Source: a virus
DNA: 64,000 nt
Virus record (IMG/VR): IMGVR_UViG_3300028608_000007
Span: 96,001 to 160,000 of that record
Strand: one strand, 5' to 3'
Below the pieces are notes generated by a model, which searched no databases, was not told the origin of the DNA, and saw nothing but the letters and a program-made list of their open reading frames with translations. Of this stretch, positions 18,075 to 27,208 are shown in pieces. The position numbers were made by a program, and so were the translations under genes. Positions within the stretch are counted from its first letter, which is position 1. Each line of letters starts with the position of its first letter.

Positions 18075-19079
18075 ATGACCACTATCCGTAGCCTTCCGGC
18101 ATACGCGTTAAGTCGGTCAGCGGGTCGGACGCAAGCGCGTAGTGTCTTCGGGTATGCTCTCGTAGATACCAGTGGGAAACTACCGCGTCCGGCTGGCGAC
18201 ACAGACTATCGCAAGCCCGAGCAGACGCTGCTCAAAGAACTGATCGTACAGGCCAACCCTGATGCTTTCACAAACATTGACCCCAATCAAATTGCCTACG
18301 AGGCGCCAGTTGCACTGCCTTATACTCGGGGCGATGAGTCAAACACCACCATCGTTGCTAAGGCTGCACCGAATGCTCTGGATGTGGTCGGTCGTCAGAC
18401 TCTACGATACCGTCGGATCGACCTGTCCAAACTGTTCCGCTACCAGACCATTGAGCTGACCCGCTACAGTAACGTGAATACCTTGCCTTGGGCTGAGGTT
18501 CAGGAACTGCTGCTCAAGCAACATGGCATCAACGTTTCCTCCAGCACGTTTACTCCAGTTACTCTGAACGTGAACGCCACTACCACGCTCACCGCGTTGG
18601 CTACGTCCCAGTGTTACATAGGGGCGATTGCAGTAGTGTGGCGTAAAGGACGTCGAGAGATCAGTGAAATGTTCTCAACCGCTACCTTAGACGGGCGAGC
18701 GTGGCCAGAAGGTTTGATTCAGTTCGGTGATACGTACAAACCACAAGGTGAGTACATCGCTTACGACTTTGACTTCACCGATCTCATGGGTACTTCTTTC
18801 AACTCCTGGGGTAACAACACCTTGACTTCGGGTCAGGCTGAATTGGATAAGTTAGCAGCGGTGTTAAACACTGTTGCTCCTCAGTACAATTGGAACAGTC
18901 TTGACTATTCCGTGGACAACGTGGGTGGCTTGAAGAACCTGTTATTCAACCGTTACGCTATTCCAAACGCAGCGGTACCCGAAGCCAACAGCGGACTGTT
19001 TAACCGAGTGGCAGTTTTGGCTCCCACTATTGGGGACGCTTGGTTCTATGGTAAACTGTTGTTCCACTACAAGGTGTAA
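18075..19079 (+). CDS. Tail-fibre paralogue with an N-terminal repeat extension
   Basis: IRSLPAYAL and ARSVFGYAL repeats, then YRRIDL, ATSQCYIG and LLFHYKV. Confidence 0.75.
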   Translation: MTTIRSLPAYALSRSAGRTQARSVFGYALVDTSGKLPRPAGDTDYRKPEQTLLKELIVQANPDAFTNIDPNQIAYEAPVALPYTRGDESNTTIVAKAAPNALDVVGRQTLRYRRIDLSKLFRYQTIELTRYSNVNTLPWAEVQELLLKQHGINVSSSTFTPVTLNVNATTTLTALATSQCYIGAIAVVWRKGRREISEMFSTATLDGRAWPEGLIQFGDTYKPQGEYIAYDFDFTDLMGTSFNSWGNNTLTSGQAELDKLAAVLNTVAPQYNWNSLDYSVDNVGGLKNLLFNRYAIPNAAVPEANSGLFNRVAVLAPTIGDAWFYGKLLFHYKV

Positions 19080-19082
19080 GCC

Positions 19083-19574
19083 ATGTCTATTTACAACGAT
19101 TCACGTTTGGACGTGTTGGCATGGTTTAACAAAAAAGCTGGCACCAAGTTCACCCTTGATGACGTGATCTTCAGTAAGCCCATTGTCAACACCGACCCTG
19201 GAGCTACACTGAATTCCAAGATCCGCGTCACCATGGCCCGGACCAACACGGCGTATAAAGGGACGGTCGTACTAGCCTACAACCGTCTCACCTTGGCCAA
19301 TATCGGGAACTACCCGCGTCCTAAGTATCCGCCCCAAGCACCGGTCGGATCTTCTGTATACGACTTGTTACCCAAGCTGCGCAACACTTACGGCATCTAC
19401 CTCACTCGGGACGATCTCGAAGAAACCTTCGTCACTGATGATGGGGCGTACGGGCGAATTTTACTCAAGGCGAAAGCAGACTCCATAGGTTGGAATGGCG
19501 AGTACACCTTGGTGCTCTCCTCGAAGATTCCATTGGCCGATCTGTTCAAAACCAAATCCATTAACTGGAGTTAA
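19083..19574 (+). CDS. N-terminal half of a split tail-fibre paralogue
   Basis: YNRLTL and AKADSIGWNG; ends at a TAA in frame with the next ORF. Confidence 0.75.
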   Translation: MSIYNDSRLDVLAWFNKKAGTKFTLDDVIFSKPIVNTDPGATLNSKIRVTMARTNTAYKGTVVLAYNRLTLANIGNYPRPKYPPQAPVGSSVYDLLPKLRNTYGIYLTRDDLEETFVTDDGAYGRILLKAKADSIGWNGEYTLVLSSKIPLADLFKTKSINWS

Positions 19575-19577
19575 GAC

Positions 19578-19928
19578 ATGCCTATCATCGATCCGTACTG
19601 GGCAAATTATTTCTTCCGTCTGGCTCTGACTGGTTACGATGACATTCTCTCGGACTTCAAAACCGGAGACATCATCACCCCGGAAACTGGCGAGTTGTTA
19701 GCGCTGGCGCTGAACGAGAAAGACAAGAAAGAAGGCAAGGGCCAATGGCACAGTGAAGTGGAACTACCCGAGTGGTCCCTCGCTGGTTGCTTTGTGTTCT
19801 TCCACGGTGACAACAACACCGGTCTGCCAACCAAAGGCAACATGCAGAAAGTGTTGATCCTGGACTTCCCGGAAGAATCCGTGAAGCCAGTAGGTCGCAT
19901 CTTCCTGACTTACAACGTGGGAGGTTGA
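19578..19928 (+). CDS. C-terminal half of a split tail-fibre paralogue
   Basis: Aligns by eye with the C-terminal domain of 16124 (LALALN..W..SLAG..FHGDN..KVLILD..GRIFLTYN). Confidence 0.7.
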   Translation: MPIIDPYWANYFFRLALTGYDDILSDFKTGDIITPETGELLALALNEKDKKEGKGQWHSEVELPEWSLAGCFVFFHGDNNTGLPTKGNMQKVLILDFPEESVKPVGRIFLTYNVGG

Positions 19929-19929
19929 G

Positions 19930-20988
19930 ATGGCCCTTCGTGATATTGAACCCTTCCTGAACCTCTCACACCAGTATTCGGCAACTATCGGACAGGGCTA
20001 TACTGCTGTCCTGTCGGGCTGGAACATTCCGTACTTGGTGTACGGTGGGGACACTAACAGTTACGCTCGCGTAACCTCTTTGGACCTTATTGATGGATGG
20101 TTGGTCCTGAGTAGTATTGGTTCAGTTTCGGGTAACCGTTGCATGGCGGTCGGACGACCCTTGCAGTCTGCCGGTATCAACGTAGACGATAACACCGTAG
20201 CTTTCGGTGGTGCTCGGTTGAAGTTTGCCCGTTCCATTCCTCGAACCGTGATGACCATACAAGGTGCGGCGGCGGTGGAAGTTATTGCCTCCACCGCGAT
20301 TGCTGGTAACTTCCAACTCAATACTGAGTACTACGTTGAGTGGTGTATCGACATGGCGAACAGCTTATTCAGGGCGCGGGTCGATGGTGTGGAAGTTGCT
20401 GCGGTAGCACTGTCAGCGGCGGTCAAGAACGCTCTGAAAGCAGGTACCAACTACCTGATGTGGGGAACCTATAACTCCGGCAGTAGCAGTGCGTTGGAGC
20501 TGTGGCTCAAAGACGGTTACGTTCTTGAGAAAACCCCAGATGGTCAAATGTCTGGCTGGTTAGGTCCACAGACTGTCAAGGTGTTGCCGGTTTCGGAATT
20601 CAACGGTCCTTGGGCTGCGAGTTCGGGAACGCCAAAAGATGTCTTGAACACCCCGACTACCAGTGCGGCTGACCGGTTGACGCCTTTGGTAACCACTGAT
20701 GTTAATGCGTCGGAAGCCATCCTGAAGTTCGATGCGTCTCAGGTGACTGGTTTCATCAAGGGGATTTCGCTCAACGTGGCGATGCAAAAGGCGCCAGGCA
20801 AATTAGGTAACTTAGAATCGTCGATCACCTCCGCAGGCGTCGAGAGTAGCAAGTCGTCTGCCACGGCCGCAAACGCCATGGCGATGTATACCCGACAGTT
20901 ACTCTCTAGCAAAGCACCTAACGGCGGTGCTTGGACTATCGAGAGTCTTGCTGCTGCAACCGTCAAACTCAAACCCGTCAATAGTTAA
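19930..20988 (+). CDS. Beta-sandwich virion protein, putative receptor-binding tip
   Basis: Paralogue of 17040 (EYYVEW, KDGYV, WLGPQTVKVL, APNGGAW). Confidence 0.6.
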   Translation: MALRDIEPFLNLSHQYSATIGQGYTAVLSGWNIPYLVYGGDTNSYARVTSLDLIDGWLVLSSIGSVSGNRCMAVGRPLQSAGINVDDNTVAFGGARLKFARSIPRTVMTIQGAAAVEVIASTAIAGNFQLNTEYYVEWCIDMANSLFRARVDGVEVAAVALSAAVKNALKAGTNYLMWGTYNSGSSSALELWLKDGYVLEKTPDGQMSGWLGPQTVKVLPVSEFNGPWAASSGTPKDVLNTPTTSAADRLTPLVTTDVNASEAILKFDASQVTGFIKGISLNVAMQKAPGKLGNLESSITSAGVESSKSSATAANAMAMYTRQLLSSKAPNGGAWTIESLAAATVKLKPVNS

Positions 20989-20999
20989 AGGGGGCTACC

Positions 21000-22106
21000 A
21001 TGGCCAAAGAAGTAAGACCGATTGGTATCGAACACCTCGATGACTGGTTCGGTAACCCACGGGTAGGTGCGGGGTTCTTGCATACCGGTTGGGACATGTA
21101 CACCGTTAAGCAAGGTGCCCACCAATTGATGTCAATCTTTAAGAAAGACGCTCAATTGCGCTATGGCTTGATGGCGGCAGGAACCAACGGATCGGCCGAG
21201 GGGATGGTTCAGATTCTTAACCGAACGCTGTGGGCCAACCGTAGTGACATCGCAAAAGCGTGTATTGGTTTCCGGTATAAACCAGGTAACCGTACGCCCT
21301 CAGCGGCTATCCCGATTGGCATGAAGCTCGATCGGGTAACTGGGGATGGGGGGGCTAGTGCCGATAACGTCATTTACACTTTCCCAACGACCCAGGGTGA
21401 GGCCTATTTCGAAATTGAAATCATCCCCTACGACGGTGTGGCCGGGTATGGTTTTACCGTCTACCGTGATGGAGACCAGATTGCCACGGCTGCAATGGGC
21501 TCTTGGTTCACTCGAGCAGCTTGGCCTGCCTGCCAGTTTGCCATTGGTAGTGCTACGTTGGTGCACGCCGCGCAGGTTAATGGTTGGCTACAGGGCGATT
21601 ACATGTTCTCGTGGGAGGACATGTATGTGGCTTGGACTACGGACCAAACTGAGAAAATCCGTTTGGGACCAATTCGTGTGAAGCGGCTACCGTACGAACA
21701 AGTAGACTTATCAAACTGGACGGCTCAGGGTGGTAAAACTGCTCTGGATATTCTGAACCTTACGAACAACAGTGCTAATAAGCGCACCGATTATCTGTCC
21801 AGCGACCCTGCCAACAGCGTACTTAAGTGCAAGTTGGATCTCTCGGGTCTTAAGTCCAGTGATCAGGTGTTGGCTCTCAGCGCTATTACGTCCGCGTGGC
21901 GCGATGGTGGCACCGTGGGCAATCTGAACGTTCGTTGGGATCACACTGATGGTCAAAGTGCTGCTTCCGCTTACACTCCTACCAGCGACGTGTATACACA
22001 GCAATTCGATAAGCAGGTACCAGTTCTAACCCAAACCCCAGGTGGAGCTGCTCTCACCAAAGCCTCCATGGCCGCACTGGAGCTGGTGGTCACTCCTAGC
22101 GCGTAG
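21000..22106 (+). CDS. Beta-sandwich virion protein, putative receptor-binding tip
   Basis: Paralogue of 17040 and 19930 (YFEIE, EDMYV, RLGPIRVKRL, TPGGAAL). Confidence 0.6.
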   Translation: MAKEVRPIGIEHLDDWFGNPRVGAGFLHTGWDMYTVKQGAHQLMSIFKKDAQLRYGLMAAGTNGSAEGMVQILNRTLWANRSDIAKACIGFRYKPGNRTPSAAIPIGMKLDRVTGDGGASADNVIYTFPTTQGEAYFEIEIIPYDGVAGYGFTVYRDGDQIATAAMGSWFTRAAWPACQFAIGSATLVHAAQVNGWLQGDYMFSWEDMYVAWTTDQTEKIRLGPIRVKRLPYEQVDLSNWTAQGGKTALDILNLTNNSANKRTDYLSSDPANSVLKCKLDLSGLKSSDQVLALSAITSAWRDGGTVGNLNVRWDHTDGQSAASAYTPTSDVYTQQFDKQVPVLTQTPGGAALTKASMAALELVVTPSA

Positions 22107-22113
22107 GTGAACT

Positions 22114-22866
22114 ATGTCATTCAATCTTCGTAACGCCCCGGCGTACGCGGCGATTCCGGTTGAGCAGAAGATCAACCTACGTAACGCTCCTGTTTACGCT
22201 ATCGTTGCAGAAACACCAGCGGCACAAATCCGTTCCACCAGCATGTTTGTGCTGGCAGAGACGCCGCCGTATGTCGACCTGCGTAAAGTCTCAGTGTTTG
22301 TTCTGGAAGCGGCAGTTTCTCCTTCCTTGTTCTCAAGTCTCAACGGGTTAGAGACACTACGCTTGGCCATCAAAAAGGAACTCGGTGTTGTTGTCACTGA
22401 TGCTTTGGCAACCTTCGGGAACCCTGTGGCCATCACCAGTGGATATAACACCGCTGTGACATTGGCGGCAAATCCGAACTCTGACTTCCAGGGTACCGTA
22501 ACAATCCAGTACAACCGGTTCAAACTCGAAGAAGCATTTAAAGGAAAGAATACTTCTCAGGTTATCGGTGGTGCTACGTCGATCCATGGTCGCTTAGCGG
22601 CGATCAACGCGTTCTTCGGATTGAAGTTGGAACCTCGGGATGTGGTCGATCGGACGTTGTTACCAGACACTCCGGGCTTTACACTGCGGGTGGCAAATAC
22701 CAGCTACCTGTATCAGCCAGGTACCACGATTCTCATCGGTCAAGAGGTTACCAATGACCTTGGTACGCTGATTGAAGTGGATCAGATGGACGGCTTCTCG
22801 GTGACCACTAGCCTGGAAGACTGGATTCAAGTTACTGCAATGAATGGATTCGAGCCAGCGACTTGA
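22114..22866 (+). CDS. Tail-fibre paralogue with four N-terminal repeats
   Basis: NLRNAPAYA, NLRNAPVYA, QIRSTSMFV and DLRKVSVFV, then YNRFKL. Confidence 0.75.
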   Translation: MSFNLRNAPAYAAIPVEQKINLRNAPVYAIVAETPAAQIRSTSMFVLAETPPYVDLRKVSVFVLEAAVSPSLFSSLNGLETLRLAIKKELGVVVTDALATFGNPVAITSGYNTAVTLAANPNSDFQGTVTIQYNRFKLEEAFKGKNTSQVIGGATSIHGRLAAINAFFGLKLEPRDVVDRTLLPDTPGFTLRVANTSYLYQPGTTILIGQEVTNDLGTLIEVDQMDGFSVTTSLEDWIQVTAMNGFEPAT

Positions 22867-22875
22867 CGGCATAGA

Positions 22876-22893
22876 GGGAGGCCACCGCCTCCC
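22876..22893. terminator. Bidirectional hairpin flanked by TATGC on both strands
   Basis: GGCATAGA-GGGAGGC-CACC-GCCTCCC-CTTATGC. Confidence 0.75.
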
Positions 22894-22900
22894 CTTATGC

Positions 22901-23410
22901 TCAGAGCTTACGGATCGTCAGATCCACGGCGCCCAGGTAAACCCAGCTACCGTCTTTGGCCAGCAGTTGCAGCGTCTTGCTTTCGCCAGCAGCCGTTGGT
23001 AACACCGCACCGGTTTCGAACTCCAACTCACCAGCGATCAGTTTGTAGCGATCAGCGATGAGGGTGATGATGCTCTGGAGTGTGTCACCCGTTTGCAGCG
23101 TGTAGGTGGTCGACTTGACGATCTCTTCGATATACAGACGACGGTAGTTCAGCGTCTGCGTACCGTAGAACTCGTTGTTCAGAGTTGCTTCCACCGTGAG
23201 GGACGAATTCTTCACGGTGATGTCGCCGCTGGTGTCAATCTGAAGCAGGTCCTTAAGGACGAAATCATCGAGAGTAAACGACGTGCCGTTGGTCTCGTTG
23301 ATCTGGTTGATGACGTTCTGAAGCGGGCTTAAAGTGTGATCAACTAGCACGTTGATAACTCCTGTTGTAGTAGGGACGTCTATAACGATAGGTGCTCGGC
23401 GACGTATCAT
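22901..23410 (-). CDS. Tail-fibre paralogue (short form) in inverted orientation
   Basis: INETNGTSFTLDDF, GTQTLNYRRLYI and AKDGSWVYLG. Confidence 0.75.
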   Translation of the reverse strand: MIRRRAPIVIDVPTTTGVINVLVDHTLSPLQNVINQINETNGTSFTLDDFVLKDLLQIDTSGDITVKNSSLTVEATLNNEFYGTQTLNYRRLYIEEIVKSTTYTLQTGDTLQSIITLIADRYKLIAGELEFETGAVLPTAAGESKTLQLLAKDGSWVYLGAVDLTIRKL

Positions 23411-23460
23411 TTGACGGGACTTAAACCCAAACCCATTTTCTAAATGCAGGCGTCTTTGCC

Positions 23461-23991
23461 ATGTACCACATTGGAATGAAATCAGTAGAGCAGTTACTCG
23501 CTCTACTTAACGACACCAACGGGTTGTCGTTAACACTTGATGACATCCAGTTCAGTACGCCAGTTGCGCTGACCCCAGAGTCTCAGGTAGGCGACGACAA
23601 TCCTGCCAACACCGAGATTCTGATTGTAGCCAAACCTAATCGAAAACCGATTGGTGAGGTGAAGGTTCGGTATGATCGGATTGATCTGGCTGACTTTGAA
23701 ACCCTACGTGACCCGACGGAAATCGAAGTCACACTTCCTTTGACCCACGCCCGGTTAATGGAAGCATTCAATACCCATTACGGTTCTGCGTTAGAACTGG
23801 AAGACATTGATGTCGCCACTGTCCTACCTGAAGACATTGAGGAAGAGACCTTTGTTGAGCTGAAAGCCTCTGTAGGCTCCTTGGCTTATCGAGGGGAGAT
23901 CCTGCTGTCTGTGATCCCAGGTACGATCAAACTCAGCAATGTGATCATTGTACGAGCGCTCAGTGGCCTTGAGTATATGGGTCGACCTTAA
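23461..23991 (+). CDS. Tail-fibre paralogue (short form)
   Basis: LNDTNGLSLTLDD, YDRIDL and SVGSLAYRG. Confidence 0.8.
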   Translation: MYHIGMKSVEQLLALLNDTNGLSLTLDDIQFSTPVALTPESQVGDDNPANTEILIVAKPNRKPIGEVKVRYDRIDLADFETLRDPTEIEVTLPLTHARLMEAFNTHYGSALELEDIDVATVLPEDIEEETFVELKASVGSLAYRGEILLSVIPGTIKLSNVIIVRALSGLEYMGRP

Positions 23992-23996
23992 TAGAG

Positions 23997-24010
23997 GGGC
24001 CTTCGGGCCC
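23997..24010 (+). terminator. Hairpin + TTTTATGCC
   Basis: GGGCC-TTCG-GGCCC-TTTTATGCC. Confidence 0.75.
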
Positions 24011-24092
24011 TTTTATGCCAGACTTTCTGTGTATTTTTTAATATCTTATGAGTAGGACATACGTCTTACTCTGTTTACCTGTGGAGATCCCC

Positions 24093-24599
24093 ATGAAAAT
24101 CAATGTCGCTCAAACTGGTGCCGAGAACATTCTGGCTCTGGTCCTGGACGCCAACCCTGGTCTGTCGCTGACCGCTGCTCAGTTCACTCTGGGCAACCCA
24201 AGCGTATTCGTGGGTGCTGGTGGCCGTAACACTCAGGTTACCCTGACTGCCGTCGAAGGTGAAGGCAAGACTGGTACCAAAACCATCGACTACACCCGTC
24301 TGAACCCAGTGACCGGCCCTAACGCCGCTCAAGCTGTGTCTGGCGTACAAGTCGCTCTGGACGCCACTGACGTACAGATCAAAGCTCAACTGGTTGCCCT
24401 GTTCGGCGCAGTTGCTGCTGATGTCGTCGTCTCCGGCCTGGTCCTGCCAGTAGATGCTGACACCGACGGTGAAATCGTTTTCGCCGCCGCTGCCAACAGC
24501 CTGCTGTACGTGGGTCAGACCACCGTCGTGCTGAAAGCTCCGGTTGAAGACCTGAGTGGCATCGAAGGTCAGATGAACGGCTTCGAACCTGAAGCCTAA
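24093..24599 (+). CDS. Tail-fibre paralogue (short form, likely abundant)
   Basis: GGAG RBS; YTRLNP and AANSLLYVG; biased codons. Confidence 0.8.
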   Translation: MKINVAQTGAENILALVLDANPGLSLTAAQFTLGNPSVFVGAGGRNTQVTLTAVEGEGKTGTKTIDYTRLNPVTGPNAAQAVSGVQVALDATDVQIKAQLVALFGAVAADVVVSGLVLPVDADTDGEIVFAAAANSLLYVGQTTVVLKAPVEDLSGIEGQMNGFEPEA

Positions 24600-24613
24600 G
24601 TAATCGGCATATT

Positions 24614-24633
24614 GGGAGGCCTTCGGGCCTCCC
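24614..24633. terminator. Bidirectional hairpin flanked by TATGC on both strands
   Basis: GGCATATT-GGGAGGCC-TTCG-GGCCTCCC-TCTATGC. Confidence 0.8.
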
Positions 24634-24646
24634 TCTATGCTGTCTG

Positions 24647-25294
24647 TCACAGGAAGTACAATTCCAGGTGTTCTTTGATCTTCTCGAGATTTTCAGCCAC
24701 CGGAAGTTCTGCATCCAACACCAGCGAACGTTCAGTGGTGTGTGGGTGTCGCACTTGGAAACCTTCACGCACTGCATCGTGGTACTCGATGCCTTTCAAC
24801 TCGATGCGGTCTTTGGCACGCACGACATCAGACTGACGAGCCATTGCCACACGAGGGTCGATGTCAAGGAACACCACGAGATCGGGACGGAACCCTTTAA
24901 GAGCGATCTCTTCGACCTTGAGGAAGTCCAACGTGTCCACCACAGAATCGTCCACAGCATGACATTGCATGGCGTAAGACGAATCGGTGTAGCGGTCGCT
25001 CAGTACGACGTTACCCAACTCAAGTTTTGGCTTGATCATCTCTTCGGTGTGTTGAATCCGACCAGCCATGAAGCAGAACAGTTCTGCCATTGGGTTGAAC
25101 GGTTCGTCACGCCTTTTGAGCAGAAGCTCACGAATCTCTTCGGCCAATGGGGTACCGCCCGGTTCACGGGTTTCTACCACTTCGTTGGAGATACGAGTCC
25201 GCAGCCATTTCGCCACCTCGACACGCATAGTGGTTTTGCCGCAGAAATCAGGACCTTCAAAAGCCACGAAGAACGGTTTAACTTGATTGCTCAT
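24647..25294 (-). CDS. tmk: Thymidylate kinase
   Basis: FEGPDFCGKTT P-loop, TREPGGT and LSDRY. Confidence 0.95.
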   Translation of the reverse strand: MSNQVKPFFVAFEGPDFCGKTTMRVEVAKWLRTRISNEVVETREPGGTPLAEEIRELLLKRRDEPFNPMAELFCFMAGRIQHTEEMIKPKLELGNVVLSDRYTDSSYAMQCHAVDDSVVDTLDFLKVEEIALKGFRPDLVVFLDIDPRVAMARQSDVVRAKDRIELKGIEYHDAVREGFQVRHPHTTERSLVLDAELPVAENLEKIKEHLELYFL

Positions 25295-26639
25295 TCTTGT
25301 CTGGTTCCAGGAACAAAGTCAGGGAGGTGTTGCTGACATAACGTCGAGCGGTTGATCCCGTACCTTTTAGATGAATGTAGTCTTGAGTCATCGTGACTAC
25401 GCCAAACAGCTCCTTGGTCTCACCACCTGCTTCGTACAGGTAACGGACTGGCATCCCTGGGTAGATCAAACTGCCCCGAGAGTTTTCCCATTTGACCTGC
25501 ACAGGCTGGCCTTTACGAGAAGAGATCTTTGACAACGCAGACATCAAGTTGCTGGAGATCTTGTCCGCCGCTTGTACAACATGGTTTAACCCATTCTTGG
25601 CTTCTTCAAACAACACCTCGGTAACGTTCTTTCCTCGTGAGAGGGTGGTCACGTTCTCGATGGTTTCACCAAAGCTGTCGAAGATGGACTTGGCATCTGT
25701 GAAACGAATACCGTTACCCTCACCTACCTGACGAGCGTTAGACGCATCCACCGATCGAGTCGAACCAGTGGCCAAGATGATCAACTGGTTGGTTGTCTGA
25801 CGGAACGTACGCTCAATCTCAGGGAAGCGGTTCTCGGGGACGTTGATCACCGTCAAACCACTAGGAGTAGCTTCGAAGCGTTGTGTGTTAAAGAGAGGCC
25901 ATACATACCAAGAGCCTTGGTGTAAGTAAAAACCGATTTCACTGTTGTAGATGCCCCCACACTTGTCTTGAATGTAGTTAGGCAGTGCTACTAACGGAGT
26001 ACCGTGTGGAATGACCACATGGGCTCGTTTCTCAGTGTTATCGGCTGGCACCATGTCAATGGCTTCAATCGACAACCCGCGTTCCAGAGGCATCTTGTTG
26101 GACTGGTCAGCGAGCATTGCCTGCAATACTTGCCAAGGCGTTGCTTGCTTGAACACACCACCCACAGTACAACCACGCAGCCATTCGGTTACGTTGTCAA
26201 TCAACTGGAACTGGACTTTCATGATGTCGCCCAAGTCACCAAACTGAACAGAGTCCAGCAGGGGAGACGAACCTTCCTTGGCATGGTCTCGAACGTCCAT
26301 CAAGATTGCAGTGTAGATCAAGGTCTCCACCTGAGCATCTGCTGACACCGTATCAGACACTTCACCGATGTACTGACGCTGAATCACAGCCTTGAGGTTG
26401 TTCCTGTAGGGGAACAGCTTCTGGGCGTATGTCCCTGCACCAAACACCACTTCCATGACGATTGAGTCAGCAAAGCTTTGGGTGAAGTCACGCACGATAT
26501 CAACCGACATGAACTTCAGTGGAGCCACCGTGTTACCGTCGGGCAACTGGAACCACACTTCGTACAAGTAATGGACATCCTTCGCACCTTCCTTGGTGAT
26601 CTTGGAGATCTCATTCATTAACGTACTTTTCTCGATCAT
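25278..26639 (-). CDS. Conserved phiKZ-like virion protein (possibly baseplate/hub)
   Basis: 453 aa in the core structural block; assignment rests on recalled synteny only. Confidence 0.55.
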   Translation of the reverse strand: MIEKSTLMNEISKITKEGAKDVHYLYEVWFQLPDGNTVAPLKFMSVDIVRDFTQSFADSIVMEVVFGAGTYAQKLFPYRNNLKAVIQRQYIGEVSDTVSADAQVETLIYTAILMDVRDHAKEGSSPLLDSVQFGDLGDIMKVQFQLIDNVTEWLRGCTVGGVFKQATPWQVLQAMLADQSNKMPLERGLSIEAIDMVPADNTEKRAHVVIPHGTPLVALPNYIQDKCGGIYNSEIGFYLHQGSWYVWPLFNTQRFEATPSGLTVINVPENRFPEIERTFRQTTNQLIILATGSTRSVDASNARQVGEGNGIRFTDAKSIFDSFGETIENVTTLSRGKNVTEVLFEEAKNGLNHVVQAADKISSNLMSALSKISSRKGQPVQVKWENSRGSLIYPGMPVRYLYEAGGETKELFGVVTMTQDYIHLKGTGSTARRYVSNTSLTLFLEPDKNEQSS

Positions 26640-27208
26640 ACGTTAGCGCCTCGACGGATCAGTTGGTCAGCCAGACCTTCTACCATCATCGAGTGTTCCA
26701 TCGGAATGTTCGACGACACTTCCACAGGGGTCTGCATGTCACGACGTACAGCACGGCGAGACAGACGATCCAAGCTGCGGAACAGGCGAGACGTACTCAC
26801 CTCGGTTTGAACGTGTTGACGCGCCATCGGGTAAACGAGGGCTGCAAACTCTTCCAAGATCCGAAGGTCGTTAACAGGTACTTGGTCACGGAGCCCTGGG
26901 TCTCGGTTGACTTCGTCCTGCCAGTCGTTGATGTGTTCCAAGATCCATCCGTAGATCTGTTTGGATTCATCAGGGTTAACGAGTGCAATGGATGCACCTT
27001 GTTCGGCGTAACCTGCCATCTGGTGAACCGTTAAGTTCACCTTCACCAAGTTCTGGTAAGCGGCAGCATCCACATCCGGGTCACCCGAAGAGTACAGTCC
27101 AAACTTCTGAACGTACTCCTGCGAGTAAAGGTACATCTGCGGGATCAGACATTCCACGAAGTAGTGGAAGATCTTGTACGCAGCGGTGTGATGCTTTTGT
27201 TCTAACAT
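26636..27208 (-). CDS. Conserved hypothetical protein
   Basis: Coupled ORF in the core operon. Confidence 0.7.
   Translation of the reverse strand: MLEQKHHTAAYKIFHYFVECLIPQMYLYSQEYVQKFGLYSSGDPDVDAAAYQNLVKVNLTVHQMAGYAEQGASIALVNPDESKQIYGWILEHINDWQDEVNRDPGLRDQVPVNDLRILEEFAALVYPMARQHVQTEVSTSRLFRSLDRLSRRAVRRDMQTPVEVSSNIPMEHSMMVEGLADQLIRRGANV

Noticed and set aside
12101-24599. Diversity-generating retroelement or shufflon acting on the fibre genes
   Set aside because: No reverse transcriptase, invertase, near-identical TR/VR pair or flanking inverted repeats seen; the paralogues are highly diverged.
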